This document shows, piece by piece, positions 9,573 through 19,888 of a DNA stretch of 64,000 nt. The DNA is taken from positions 179,273 through 243,272 of the forward strand of contig CAZGOA010000001.1 of NCBI GenBank assembly GCA_964527425.1, in the 5' to 3' direction. The stretch is from an uncultured Gammaproteobacteria bacterium (GTDB lineage Bacteria; Patescibacteriota; Microgenomatia; UBA10105; UBA927). The notes under the pieces are model-generated. The model made no database searches, was not told the origin of the DNA, and saw nothing but the letters and a program-made list of their open reading frames with translations. Position 1 is the stretch's first letter, and every line of letters starts with the position of its first letter. Both the position numbers and the translations under genes were made by a program.

Positions 9573-10260
9573 CATTGTTATCCCCTGTCTAAACGAAGAA
9601 AAACATATAGGATTATTATTATCCGATTTAAAGCAACAATCGATCAAACCCGTTGAAATACTCGTTATTGATGGAGGATCTTCTGATTCTACTGAGCAAA
9701 TTGTAAATTCGTATTCAGACGTAACACTTATAAAAACAAGAAAAAAAGTAGGGTATCAACGGAATGTAGGTGGAGAGAAAGCAAAAGGGAATTTGATTGT
9801 CTTTTTAGATGCTGACGTAAGACTATCCGTACACTTTATCAGTCGAATCGTATCTTATTTTAGTAAAACAAAGATTGATATTGGATGTCCGTATTACTTC
9901 CCCTATAAATCAACAATTCTCATCAACTTAGTATACATACTTTTTAATAGTTTATTTTTTATTTTCCAAAAAATAAGTCCCAGCGGTGCTGGATCTTGTA
10001 TTGCTGTCTCTAAAAAACACTTTCTTTCTATTGGAGGATTTGATAGTACCCTTACCTATGATGATATTGCATTTATTCGCAAAGGCGGCAGAATGGGTAG
10101 ATTTGGAATGATACCTGCAACCATTCAGGTATCAGATAGACGTTTTAGAAAATATGGATTAGTAAAAACTACTTTTCTCTATATGCTTTTATCATTTTTC
10201 TTTCTAATCGGACAATTTAGAATTGCAAATATTGTTCCTTATACATTTGATTCTTATTGA
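9559..10260 (+). CDS. family 2 glycosyltransferase (CrtQ/CrtX-like candidate carotenoid glycosyltransferase)
   Basis: 233 aa. IVIPCLNEE...ILVIDGGSSDST...FLDAD GT-A fold motifs. C-terminal hydrophobic segment as in staphylococcal CrtQ. Start overlaps the upstream gene. Confidence 0.75.
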   Translation: MYNISIVIPCLNEEKHIGLLLSDLKQQSIKPVEILVIDGGSSDSTEQIVNSYSDVTLIKTRKKVGYQRNVGGEKAKGNLIVFLDADVRLSVHFISRIVSYFSKTKIDIGCPYYFPYKSTILINLVYILFNSLFFIFQKISPSGAGSCIAVSKKHFLSIGGFDSTLTYDDIAFIRKGGRMGRFGMIPATIQVSDRRFRKYGLVKTTFLYMLLSFFFLIGQFRIANIVPYTFDSY

Positions 10261-10440
10261 GAACGTTTTATAAAGGGTAGCAGATTTGTATCTCAAAATA
10301 ACTTTTATTTTTTACTAATCTATTGAGACGTATTAGAATACTAAATAAATGCTAGTCAGCTGTCTTCATTCTAGTTCTACATTGTAATCAAAAGTTGAGT
10401 GAATACAAAAAAAAGAGCAAGAAGAATAACAAAAGTTTAC

Positions 10441-11037
10441 TTATATGAATTGTTTAAGTATTTGTACATCTTCAAGCAAGGTAGTCTTCATTCCACCGTT
10501 ATATAAAGCAAAAGCTGGATGATATAAGGGAACTAAAGAAACAATACCATATGGAACTTTGATTGGAATTACTTTTCCATGTAGTTCTGATATCGATTTA
10601 TTTTTCTCTTCTGAATTAAACTTGGTTAGTAAATAGGTCATAGAAAATCTTCCTAGAGTGACTATTACTTTGGGTTCAATTATTGTTAATAGTTCTATTA
10701 ATATTGGTGCATATAATTCTATTTCTTCTGGTTTGGGATCACGATTTTTCGGTGGTCTATCGTTAACAATATTCGTTATATAAATATCAGACCTGTTCAG
10801 ATTAATTGAACCTAATAATTTATCTAACATTTTACCTGCTGCTCCATTAAATGGTCTTCCTGTTTCTGCTTCTTTTTGACCTGGAGCCTCCCCAACAAAT
10901 ACAATCGGTGATGAAAGGTTACCTTCTCCTAAAACATAGTGATAATTATTTTCTTTTCTGTATGTATATAGGGATGACTCTGTCAAAGTTTCTAATGTTT
11001 GTTTTAGTTTTTCTGAAGCTTGTTGCTTATCTACCAT
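10441..11037 (-). CDS. uracil-DNA glycosylase, family 4
   Basis: 198 aa. GEAPGQKEAETGRPFNGAAGKMLDKLL matches the family-4 UDG GEAPG...PF.G.AG motif. Confidence 0.85.
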   Translation of the reverse strand: MVDKQQASEKLKQTLETLTESSLYTYRKENNYHYVLGEGNLSSPIVFVGEAPGQKEAETGRPFNGAAGKMLDKLLGSINLNRSDIYITNIVNDRPPKNRDPKPEEIELYAPILIELLTIIEPKVIVTLGRFSMTYLLTKFNSEEKNKSISELHGKVIPIKVPYGIVSLVPLYHPAFALYNGGMKTTLLEDVQILKQFI

Positions 11038-11119
11038 ATATAACTTTCATTATACCTAATGCTATAACTTGAAATCACTAAGAAATGCATTTATAAAGCT
11101 ACTGATATAATCGCAATAC

Positions 11120-11779
11120 ATGAAGGTTGTTGTTTTATCAGTGTTCGTTTTTATATCTGGATGTGTGGTTGCTGGATTATTATTTTTTTCTTTACAAAGT
11201 AATTTAAATGATCAAGTTATCATGACTCCTATAGCTACTGGTTCCCCTTTGTTATCTTCACACTTTTCTATTAATAACGCTCCTGCTCTCTCTACAAAAG
11301 GTCTCATTCTGCAACTAGAAGGAGAAGTGCTCTGGGAATCTAGAATAGCAACTGAGCCATCTGCTCTCGTTGCTCATACTATTTTGCAGCAAGGAGAATC
11401 TTTAATAACTGGAAAAGATGGCAGCGTAACTGTTTCCTTTGCTGAAGCTGCATCTTTAGAATTATCTAATAATTCTAAAGTAGATATTATTCAAACATTA
11501 CCGGTTGATATAGTTTTTTTGCAGCAAAAGGGTATTATAACGTATCAAGCATTCAAGTCTTCTGTATCAATCCGAAGTAATCGACTTCTTACCACTATTC
11601 GCAACGGTTCTTTGCGTATTAATATTGATGAAAAATTACGAATTGTTACAGTCACTGTTTTAAATGGACAAGCAATCGTTGCGTACAATAATGCTAATAT
11701 AATAAGCCAAACACACGTCCTCAATGCTGGTGATTCGTTTAGATTTGAAAGTGATCAACGCGAGGGAAAACTAAATTAA
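11120..11779 (+). CDS. hypothetical membrane-anchored/secreted protein (FecR-like beta-rich domain possible)
   Basis: 219 aa. N-terminal hydrophobic anchor. No confident family. Confidence 0.45.
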   Translation: MKVVVLSVFVFISGCVVAGLLFFSLQSNLNDQVIMTPIATGSPLLSSHFSINNAPALSTKGLILQLEGEVLWESRIATEPSALVAHTILQQGESLITGKDGSVTVSFAEAASLELSNNSKVDIIQTLPVDIVFLQQKGIITYQAFKSSVSIRSNRLLTTIRNGSLRINIDEKLRIVTVTVLNGQAIVAYNNANIISQTHVLNAGDSFRFESDQREGKLN

Positions 11780-12951
11780 TAATTCTTATATGTTGATAAT
11801 GGATTTAGAATTGTACTTCCTTCATATCCTAAAGCCCATACAGCTAATCCTCTTAACTGATACTCTTTTGCCAGTTGAATTTTTTGAGATGTAGCATATT
11901 CATCAGGATAAAATAAATGATGAAACGTTCCTGTTTTTTCGTCTTTATATATTGTATATGCTTCTTTTGCATACTCATCTCTCTTATGAATACAATTAGT
12001 GCATGATGCAATTAGCTCTTCCACTCTCCTATTGCTTATGACTAATCCTGTGGTAGGAATGACCGCTGATCTTGGATTTTCGTGTAAAGCCTCCCATTGA
12101 TATCCATATAATGGAACTCCTAATATAATTTTTTCTTTTGGTAATACTTCTAATGCTTTCATAACACCTGTTTTTATATCAAATTCTGCTTCTATTCCTG
12201 CACCACCAATTGGAGCTACAGGTCCTGTTACATGAGAACCAACATAATGATAGTCATAGGTCATAAGCACTATATAATCAACATATGGTTCAACACCATG
12301 TAAATCTATAAGTCGTTTTTTTATCAAGTCTGTTGGGCTTGCATCAATTGTTATAGTACCTAACTGTAGATTATCCATTTCTGTTTTAATAGTTTTAATA
12401 AATTCGATAAAATTTAATCTAGCTGAATCGGAAGCCTCAACTACACTTTCAATATCAATATTAAGATCGGTAAATTCTTTTTGTTTCATTAGAGGAGCGA
12501 CTTGCTCAACTACAGTTTTTGCGTGCTTAATAGGATCAGCTAGAAGTTGGTTAATTTCTTCTGTATTACCATTAAATAATAAAAGAGATCGTTTAATATT
12601 GTGCTGTTTTGCTTTTTGTAAAAATGAATCAACATTACCTGACTGTAATTGGTACCATCCCGGTTCTGATTCAGTAGGATTGGTAAATTTTTGAATTGTG
12701 CCGTCAGGAGAAATTATTAACCCAAAATAAGTAAGTGTAGTAATAAACGGACTATACTCTTTGTTCGCTTTAGAAAGTAACCAATATGGTAAAAATCCTA
12801 TGATCTCTGGTCGTTGAGAAGAGTTCAATTTACTTTCAATTAATATTGAAGTATTAGATAATTCTTCATCTGAGAAATATCTATGAAAGAAAAAAATTGT
12901 ACTAAAAAAACCAATCAAAAAAATAATGAAAAAAAGAAAAAATCGTATCAA
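11776..12951 (-). CDS. glycoside hydrolase family 18-like protein (YaaH/YdhD-like peptidoglycan/chitin hydrolase), N-terminal TM anchor
   Basis: 391 aa. LNIDIESV (DxxDxDxE-like catalytic block) and ILGVPLYGYQWE (GH18 LGxPxYG motif). Confidence 0.65.
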   Translation of the reverse strand: MIRFFLFFIIFLIGFFSTIFFFHRYFSDEELSNTSILIESKLNSSQRPEIIGFLPYWLLSKANKEYSPFITTLTYFGLIISPDGTIQKFTNPTESEPGWYQLQSGNVDSFLQKAKQHNIKRSLLLFNGNTEEINQLLADPIKHAKTVVEQVAPLMKQKEFTDLNIDIESVVEASDSARLNFIEFIKTIKTEMDNLQLGTITIDASPTDLIKKRLIDLHGVEPYVDYIVLMTYDYHYVGSHVTGPVAPIGGAGIEAEFDIKTGVMKALEVLPKEKIILGVPLYGYQWEALHENPRSAVIPTTGLVISNRRVEELIASCTNCIHKRDEYAKEAYTIYKDEKTGTFHHLFYPDEYATSQKIQLAKEYQLRGLAVWALGYEGSTILNPLSTYKNY

Positions 12952-13216
12952 GGTTTTTAATTATATCATCTAGTTTTCTAACTTATTGATAAGTTAATAC
13001 AGAAATATCAATGTATAAACGACGACATGTCATATGATGTTTAGGTAATCTTCTATTGTCGTTCTCATAAGTTACTAATTCTGCTTGAATACCCATTTTC
13101 TCTTATAGTTTGGCTATCTTTTGATTTTTTATTATCTATCCCAGTCTTGATTTTATCTGTACAATATCTACTGTTTTGAGTTTGAGAAAAAACTGTTTAG
13201 TCGATTTCTCATTTGT

Positions 13217-13891
13217 TTAGGGGTACATGTTTTGGTTAACTTTTCCTAACACGATAATCGTCCGTGAACGTTCTTCTTGAGGTAATGTATAAGGCACTAG
13301 TAATTTAATACTTATTTTAAACTGTCCAAAGATTTCTTTGCTGAGTTGAATTTCTTCTCCTGCATTATTTCCTTTCATAGCAATGGCTATTCCAGTTGGT
13401 TTAATAAATGGTACAAGATTCGGTATTAAAACAGGCAACTGAGCTACAGCTCTAGCAACTGCTACATCAAAATGTGATAGATATTGTTTTTGTTTTATTA
13501 GTTCTTCTGCTCTTGTAGGAATCACAGTTATATCTTTTAATTGCAATGCGTGGATCACATCATTACAAAAATTTGCTTTTTTTTGAGTTGATTCAACAAG
13601 TGTAATGTTCATTGTGGGGTAAACAATTTTTAACACTATTCCTGGAAACCCTGCACCTGTGCCAATATCTATACAAGATGAGGGAATCGTATTTTTTTTC
13701 CATGCAAGTGAACAACTCATAGAGTCTATAAAATGTTTTCTTTTTACGTCTTCAGACAATCGTATTGCGGTTAAATTTATCTTCTGATTACGCTCTAATA
13801 AAATTTGCTCATACAGTTGAAATTGAGTAAGCTGTAACGGTGTCAAATGTATAGCAAATAATTGTTCAGCTTGTTTTCTAAAGTTATCCAT
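13217..13891 (-). CDS. rsmG: 16S rRNA (guanine527-N7)-methyltransferase RsmG (GidB)
   Basis: 224 aa. DIGTGAGFPGIVLKI SAM-binding motif and RsmG-typical N-terminus. Confidence 0.85.
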   Translation of the reverse strand: MDNFRKQAEQLFAIHLTPLQLTQFQLYEQILLERNQKINLTAIRLSEDVKRKHFIDSMSCSLAWKKNTIPSSCIDIGTGAGFPGIVLKIVYPTMNITLVESTQKKANFCNDVIHALQLKDITVIPTRAEELIKQKQYLSHFDVAVARAVAQLPVLIPNLVPFIKPTGIAIAMKGNNAGEEIQLSKEIFGQFKISIKLLVPYTLPQEERSRTIIVLGKVNQNMYP

Positions 13892-14005
13892 ATTGCTATA
13901 GTATACTAATATTTTCTGCCCACAATTATTTATGTAGTATCTGTTCTATGAACTGTGTGCATTGAATAGAAACTACGATTATTTTAACTGCCCTTCAATA
14001 CTAGT

Positions 14006-14662
14006 ATGTTACCGAGTGTATTTTTTTTTCTTTTGCAACTCTATAAACAATTTGAAACATCTGTAAGCCATAATCAACAAAAGACTATTTTACTATCATT
14101 ACCCTCACCTACTCCTTTTTTGGATTCTCATAAAACCCAAACAGTACCCATACCATCACAAACACCCTTATTAAACCCAACGATACGACTTTCCAGGACG
14201 CCAACTCCTTTACCAATACCCACTAGCACACATACTCCAACCACGATTCCCACTCCCGTCCCAACTACAATACCTACGCCTATCCCGACCACAAATTCTA
14301 TTCAAAATGGACTGCTTATCGAAGTTAACAAGTTTCGGAAAGAACATACTAAGCACGACTTAACTGAACACAATAAACTTTGTAGTATTGCAAATGAGCG
14401 ATTGCACTCATTACAACAACGTACAACCTTAGATAATCATGAAGGATTTCAACAGTATACGGAGCTTTTAAAACAATCATTTTCGTTTTGGGGTGAAGTT
14501 ATTCATTATAGTGAACCTCCAAAGACACCATCTGGTATAGTTTTTGAAGGATGGGCCTTCAGTGAGGGTCACAAACAAACACTATTAAGTGAAGAAGCGT
14601 TTTATGGTTGTGGAGCTCATGGTGGAGGATTTGCAGTCTTTTTAGTGAGTAAAGGGAAATAA
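14006..14662 (+). CDS. Pro/Thr-rich protein with C-terminal CAP (SCP/PR1, YkwD-like) domain
   Basis: 218 aa. Low-complexity TPTPLPIPTSTHTPTTIPTPVPTTIPTPIPTT linker. C-terminal EVNKFRKEH...HSEPP...GHKQTLLSEEAFYGCGAHGGGFAVFLV is consistent with a CAP domain. Exact start uncertain. Confidence 0.5.
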   Translation: MLPSVFFFLLQLYKQFETSVSHNQQKTILLSLPSPTPFLDSHKTQTVPIPSQTPLLNPTIRLSRTPTPLPIPTSTHTPTTIPTPVPTTIPTPIPTTNSIQNGLLIEVNKFRKEHTKHDLTEHNKLCSIANERLHSLQQRTTLDNHEGFQQYTELLKQSFSFWGEVIHYSEPPKTPSGIVFEGWAFSEGHKQTLLSEEAFYGCGAHGGGFAVFLVSKGK

Positions 14663-14679
14663 TATAGTATTTATATTGT

Positions 14680-15747
14680 ATGAAGATTAAACATCACATT
14701 GCAGCTGTGTTTCTCATACTTGGACTTATTGTTACAAGTATCACTGTTATTGAATTATTACCCCAACAAACAACACGTTCTCCAGTTTCTATTCTTACAG
14801 AACAACAGCCAACTATATCAAAAGAACCTTTTGTTTTTTCTGCAATACTAACACCAAATAATCCTGAAGGATTAGTAAGTCTTCAAAATGCTGTTGGAAT
14901 GATTTCTTCTTTAACTCCACAATGGTATACACTGCAAACCAATGGATTACTTGAAGTTTTACCTTCAACTCAAAAAGAAGAAATCATTCAAATTGCAAAA
15001 GAAGAACAGATACTACTTTTTCCTATTGTTGAGAATGCACTTGACCCATTAACAACTGCTGGCTTTTTGAAATCTGAAGTAAAGCAATCTGCATTTATAG
15101 AAAATCTATTATCAACTATTAAACAAGAGCAGTTTGATGGAATTACTCTTCATTGGGAACGAATTAATCCAGAAAATGGTGATGACTTTACTGCATTTGT
15201 TAATACTGTGTATCAATCTCTACATAAGGAACAGAAAAAACTTATTCTGATAGTTCCTCCAAAAACTGGTAAGCCTGGTGATTCTCTCTTTTCAAAAACG
15301 TACGACTGGATAGCTCTTTCTAAAGTTTCCGATTATATATTTGTCACTGGATATGATTACTATACTCCACCCAAAAATCCTGGACCTGTTACACCTCATA
15401 ACTGGTTTATTGATATTATTTCATATGCAAAAACAAGCATTCCATTAGAAAATCTTGTGATTTCTCTTCCATTATATGGATATGATTGGACAGAAAAAGA
15501 TACTAAGAAAGTGTCTTTTAAAGATTTTGAACAAATACCACCGTTTGAGGATATTCAACCAATTCGGGATTCGTTATCAAAAACAGTGTATTTAGAGTAT
15601 ATTGCCAGTAATAGTAGCCATATCATTTGGATGGAAGATTCCCAAAGCATAATGAAGAAAATCCAGGAAGCAAATAAACTCGGTATTAATCAGTTTAATT
15701 TTTACTATCTCGGTGGTGAAGATAGCTCACTGTGGTCACTACTATGA
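14680..15747 (+). CDS. glycoside hydrolase family 18-like protein (paralog of 11776..12951), N-terminal TM anchor
   Basis: 355 aa. DGITLHWERI (DGxxxDWE catalytic motif) and ISLPLYGYDWTEK (LGxPxYG-like). Confidence 0.65.
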   Translation: MKIKHHIAAVFLILGLIVTSITVIELLPQQTTRSPVSILTEQQPTISKEPFVFSAILTPNNPEGLVSLQNAVGMISSLTPQWYTLQTNGLLEVLPSTQKEEIIQIAKEEQILLFPIVENALDPLTTAGFLKSEVKQSAFIENLLSTIKQEQFDGITLHWERINPENGDDFTAFVNTVYQSLHKEQKKLILIVPPKTGKPGDSLFSKTYDWIALSKVSDYIFVTGYDYYTPPKNPGPVTPHNWFIDIISYAKTSIPLENLVISLPLYGYDWTEKDTKKVSFKDFEQIPPFEDIQPIRDSLSKTVYLEYIASNSSHIIWMEDSQSIMKKIQEANKLGINQFNFYYLGGEDSSLWSLL

Positions 15748-16319
15748 CAGGCCGTACTCATGATCTCTGTGGATTTACACTACTTAATATTATTTTTGTT
15801 ACTGTACCTATGCCATCAATGACAGTAGCAACAGCTTTTGGTGCTTTTTCGATGGTATTTATTGGTGCTTTAACCCCTGATATAGACCAACCTACTGCTG
15901 ATTTATGGAGAAGACTGCCTGCTGGAAATATTATTGGTCGAATTATTTCACCAATACTTGGAAGTCATCGGATGATTTCACATTCATTGATTGGAGCTGC
16001 ACTATTTGCATATGGTTCTAACATACTGCTTTCAAAATTATCATCAATTATCCTATTGGACATGACCATTCTGTGGCATGGTTTTATGATTGGATTTATT
16101 TCTCATCTGCTAATTGATTTATTGAATCGAGATGGACTACCTTTATTTTTCCCTTTTCCTTTCAAATTTGGTATACCCCCAATAAAACGATATCGAATAC
16201 GTTCTGGAGGAATGATTGAAAAAACAATATTATTCCCTTTACTTATGATTTTTAATGGTTATATTATTTGGACGCACTATCAATTGTACGTTGATTTTTT
16301 TCAGCAACAAATGCGGTAA
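15732..16319 (+). CDS. membrane-bound metal-dependent hydrolase, YdjM/DUF457 family
   Basis: 195 aa. SHSLIGAAL and ISHLLIDLLN histidine motifs within TM helices, typical of PF04307. Confidence 0.6.
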   Translation: MVTTMTGRTHDLCGFTLLNIIFVTVPMPSMTVATAFGAFSMVFIGALTPDIDQPTADLWRRLPAGNIIGRIISPILGSHRMISHSLIGAALFAYGSNILLSKLSSIILLDMTILWHGFMIGFISHLLIDLLNRDGLPLFFPFPFKFGIPPIKRYRIRSGGMIEKTILFPLLMIFNGYIIWTHYQLYVDFFQQQMR

Positions 16320-16377
16320 TTAGATAAGACCAGTAATGATATAGTGAAAGAATAGACTAATTTATTGTTAGTAGTTT

Positions 16378-17334
16378 ATGCATATTTATAATTCTTCATA
16401 TCGTCGTAGATATCACAGATCAATAATTCCTAAATTACTACAGTTAAGTGTTGTCATCATTATTGGTGGTGTACTGTTTGTCTTGTTCCGTCGATTAACG
16501 ACAGCTCCACTTGTGTCTCCAATAGCTCTTGCTCAAACACCTCAACTGCAAAATATTAGAGTTACTCCAACTATAACAATAAAAACAGCAAGTGAATTAG
16601 AAAAGAGAATAATTGACCAAATTGACAGCACAGTCCCGAAGTACTCAATTATTGTTGATGATTTTTTACGACCATTACGTATTGAATTAGGTGATCAAAT
16701 TATCTATGAAGGTGCATCAGTACTTAAAATACCAATATTATTTACACTGTTAAAACAAATAGAACAAGAGACTATTAGCTGGGATAAAAAGATAGTATTT
16801 GAAGAACGAGATAGACAAGATTATGGTACTGGATCAATAAGATACCAGCCGGCAGGGAAGCAATTTACTATTCGACAACTTGCAGAACTGATGATGAAAC
16901 AGAGCGATAATACAGCTGCATACATTATTGCCAACCGAGTGGTATCCTTGCAGGAAATACAAGATAACGTTATATCTTGGGGATTAGAAGATACAGATAT
17001 GTTCGAAAACACTACTACGAACAAGGATATAAATATCCTGATGAAACAATTTTTCATTGGTAAATTATTTACTGCTTCACTAACCAGAGAAGCCAGTGAA
17101 TTATTTAGAGATAGTTTGTATGAAGATAGACTTCCTGCACTGCTTCCAAAACAGGTAAAAATTTATCACAAGATTGGTACTGCCATAGCTGGATTACATG
17201 ATGTGGGAATTGTTGTAACACCTACTTCTCTCTATTATATTGGAGTCTTTACCAAAGGGGTTTCCGATGAACCAGGTGCCACAAAAACAATCGGAAAAAT
17301 TTCTAAAGCGGTATTTGATTATATGGAAGAGTAA
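16378..17334 (+). CDS. class A beta-lactamase-family serine hydrolase
   Basis: 318 aa. N-terminal TM/signal. SVLK (SxxK), SDNTAA (SDN loop, exact class A match) and KIGT...G (KTG-like) motifs. Confidence 0.7.
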   Translation: MHIYNSSYRRRYHRSIIPKLLQLSVVIIIGGVLFVLFRRLTTAPLVSPIALAQTPQLQNIRVTPTITIKTASELEKRIIDQIDSTVPKYSIIVDDFLRPLRIELGDQIIYEGASVLKIPILFTLLKQIEQETISWDKKIVFEERDRQDYGTGSIRYQPAGKQFTIRQLAELMMKQSDNTAAYIIANRVVSLQEIQDNVISWGLEDTDMFENTTTNKDINILMKQFFIGKLFTASLTREASELFRDSLYEDRLPALLPKQVKIYHKIGTAIAGLHDVGIVVTPTSLYYIGVFTKGVSDEPGATKTIGKISKAVFDYMEE

Positions 17335-19830
17335 TTAAGTACTTTTTTGTTGTATGGGTTTTACCAAAGCTATATTTAGAACTTCGTCCATATGATCTAC
17401 AAAATGAAATTGCAGTTCTTTCTGTACACTTTCAGGAATATCATCTAAATCTTTTTTATTATTTTTTGGCAAGATTACTTCCTTTATTCCTGCTCTATGT
17501 GCTGCTAATACTTTTTCTTTCACTCCACCTATTTCTAATACTCTCCCCCTTAATGTAACTTCACCAGTCATAGAGACATCTTTTTTTACAGGTGTTTTGG
17601 TAAACGCAGATACAATAGCTGTAGTTATAGCTGCTCCTGCTGATGGCCCATCTTTGGGTATAGCTCCTTCTGGAACGTGAATATGCACATCTACTTTACT
17701 AAAAAATGTTTCTTTTAATTTGAGATCGTTCCATTTGCTACGCACATACGATAACGCAGCTTGTCCAGATTCCTTCATAACATCACCTAATTGACCTGTT
17801 AAGAGCAGTGAGCCTTTCCCTGGCATAAGGGCTACTTCTATAAAAAGAATATCTCCTCCTGCTTCTGTATATGCCATCCCTGTTGACATACCCACAGTGT
17901 CTGTTGAGTCTGCAAGCTGTGATGCAAATTTATATGGACCTAAATAACCGTGTAAATCATCAGGGGTTACATGGAATGTTTTTTGAGCATCTTCATCTGC
18001 GAGCTTCCGTGCAATTTTACGGTATAACCGTGCTACTTCTCTTTCCAGACTTCTTACGCCTGCTTCTCTTGTGTAGCGACGAATTATTTGATAGATTGCT
18101 TCATCTGTTACTGTAACGATTCCGTTTGGAACTCCGTGTACTTCTCTTTGTTTTTCTATAAGAAAATCTTTTACAATATGAAACTTTTCTTCTTCTGTAT
18201 ATCCAGCAAATCGAATTACTTCTAATCTATCTCGCAAAGCAGGCGGAATAGTATCCAGTAAATTACATGTAGTAATAAAAAATACTTCTGAAAGATCAAA
18301 CGGTACATCAAGATAGTGATCCTGAAAAGCAAAATTTTGCTCTGGATCTAGAGCTTCCAGTAACGCAGAAGATGGATCTCCTCGGAAATCATTTCCGACT
18401 TTATCTATTTCATCTAACATAAATACCGGATTTTTGGTTCCTGCCTGTTTCATTCCTTGAATTATTCTTCCTGGTAAAGCTCCAACATAGGTTCTTCTGT
18501 GACCTCTAATTTCTGCTTCATCTCTAATACCACCTAAGGACATTTTTACAAATTTTCTACCGAGTGATTTTGCAATTGATCTACCAATAGATGTCTTTCC
18601 TACTCCTGGTGGACCTACAAAACACAATATTGTTGGTGATGATTTTGCTTTTCTTTCTAAGATATCAAGTTCTTTCTTTTTCTCGTCTTTATTTTTTGTT
18701 TGAGATTTTCCATTTTCTTTTGTGTTAGTTGTTTTTTCAGCCGTATTTGCGTCTTCTTTTTCCAATGTTTGTGCCATCTGTCGGCGCAATTTCATGACTG
18801 CTAAATATTCTAAAATTCTTTCTTTCATCTTTTTTAAACCATAATGATCTTTATTTAAAACACTTTCAGCTTCGTGGATATTTACATCCATCGGTGTTTC
18901 AATATTCCATGGCATTTCAACTAACGTATCAAGATAGGTACGAACGTAAGAAGCCTCTGGATTATATTGAGACATTTGTTTTAAACGGGTTAACTCTTTT
19001 TCTGCTTTTTTGCGTACTTCTTCAGGCATTCCAGCTTTTTTGATCTTATCTTCTAAATCTCTAAATTCTTTTCCATCTTCCTCCCCTAATTCTTTTTCTA
19101 TTGTTTTCATTCTCTCGCGTAATACTTGTTCGCGAATATTCTTATCAAATTTTTCTTGTGTTTTATTGGCAATCTTTTTTTCTAATTCAAGAATCTTTAC
19201 TTCTTTGGCAAGAAAGGAGGCTTCTTTTTCAAGCCTACTACGTACTGAATTTGTTTCTAATAAATCTTGTCTATCGTCAGGTTTTAAATCCAATATGCCT
19301 GCAATCTGATAGGACAATTCTAGAGATCCTAAACCAGACATAATATTCATGAATGTCAAAAAATCTAATGATTTACCCATGTTCACCGCTTTTCTCAATT
19401 CCCCTACTAGATGATTCACTAAAGCCTTCATTTCATCATTATCTTCAACAACATCGGCAACCTCTAGAACTCTAGCTGTATAAAATGGTTCAGTTTCCTC
19501 ATAGGAAAGGATAGATACTTTAGATACACCTCGCACTAATGCATTAATTTCTCCATCGTTTCTCATCATTTGAACAATTTCCCCTATTGTTCCAGTAGAA
19601 TATAAATCATTGGGAGAAGGATCATTTAAACTCGGATTTCGCTGCATTGCTAATGCTATTCGTTTTCCTGCCTGAAAGGCTGCTTCTATTGCGGATACAG
19701 ATTTTTGCCTGCCGAATGTTAAAATCATTTCTGTTCCTGGATAAACTATCCCATCTCGAATAGGGACTACAGGTAATATTATTTCTGAATTGTTGGTAAG
19801 AAAGTTTGTATCGTTCATATGTTTTAGCAC
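17335..19830 (-). CDS. lon: ATP-dependent Lon protease (La)
   Basis: 831 aa. Walker [20 protein letters not shown]-terminal protease domain with [15 protein letters not shown] serine motif. N-terminal LON substrate-binding domain. Confidence 0.95.
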   Translation of the reverse strand: MLKHMNDTNFLTNNSEIILPVVPIRDGIVYPGTEMILTFGRQKSVSAIEAAFQAGKRIALAMQRNPSLNDPSPNDLYSTGTIGEIVQMMRNDGEINALVRGVSKVSILSYEETEPFYTARVLEVADVVEDNDEMKALVNHLVGELRKAVNMGKSLDFLTFMNIMSGLGSLELSYQIAGILDLKPDDRQDLLETNSVRSRLEKEASFLAKEVKILELEKKIANKTQEKFDKNIREQVLRERMKTIEKELGEEDGKEFRDLEDKIKKAGMPEEVRKKAEKELTRLKQMSQYNPEASYVRTYLDTLVEMPWNIETPMDVNIHEAESVLNKDHYGLKKMKERILEYLAVMKLRRQMAQTLEKEDANTAEKTTNTKENGKSQTKNKDEKKKELDILERKAKSSPTILCFVGPPGVGKTSIGRSIAKSLGRKFVKMSLGGIRDEAEIRGHRRTYVGALPGRIIQGMKQAGTKNPVFMLDEIDKVGNDFRGDPSSALLEALDPEQNFAFQDHYLDVPFDLSEVFFITTCNLLDTIPPALRDRLEVIRFAGYTEEEKFHIVKDFLIEKQREVHGVPNGIVTVTDEAIYQIIRRYTREAGVRSLEREVARLYRKIARKLADEDAQKTFHVTPDDLHGYLGPYKFASQLADSTDTVGMSTGMAYTEAGGDILFIEVALMPGKGSLLLTGQLGDVMKESGQAALSYVRSKWNDLKLKETFFSKVDVHIHVPEGAIPKDGPSAGAAITTAIVSAFTKTPVKKDVSMTGEVTLRGRVLEIGGVKEKVLAAHRAGIKEVILPKNNKKDLDDIPESVQKELQFHFVDHMDEVLNIALVKPIQQKST

Positions 19831-19888
19831 TTAACTATAACAACTGCTAAAACTCCCGTCAAGTCTCTGATTTACAGTACAACAGATA

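Noticed and set aside
17871-19343. Plus-strand ORFs inside lon (17871..18116, 19010..19309, 19101..19343)
   Set aside because: They lie antisense to the well-supported Lon protease gene and have no motifs.
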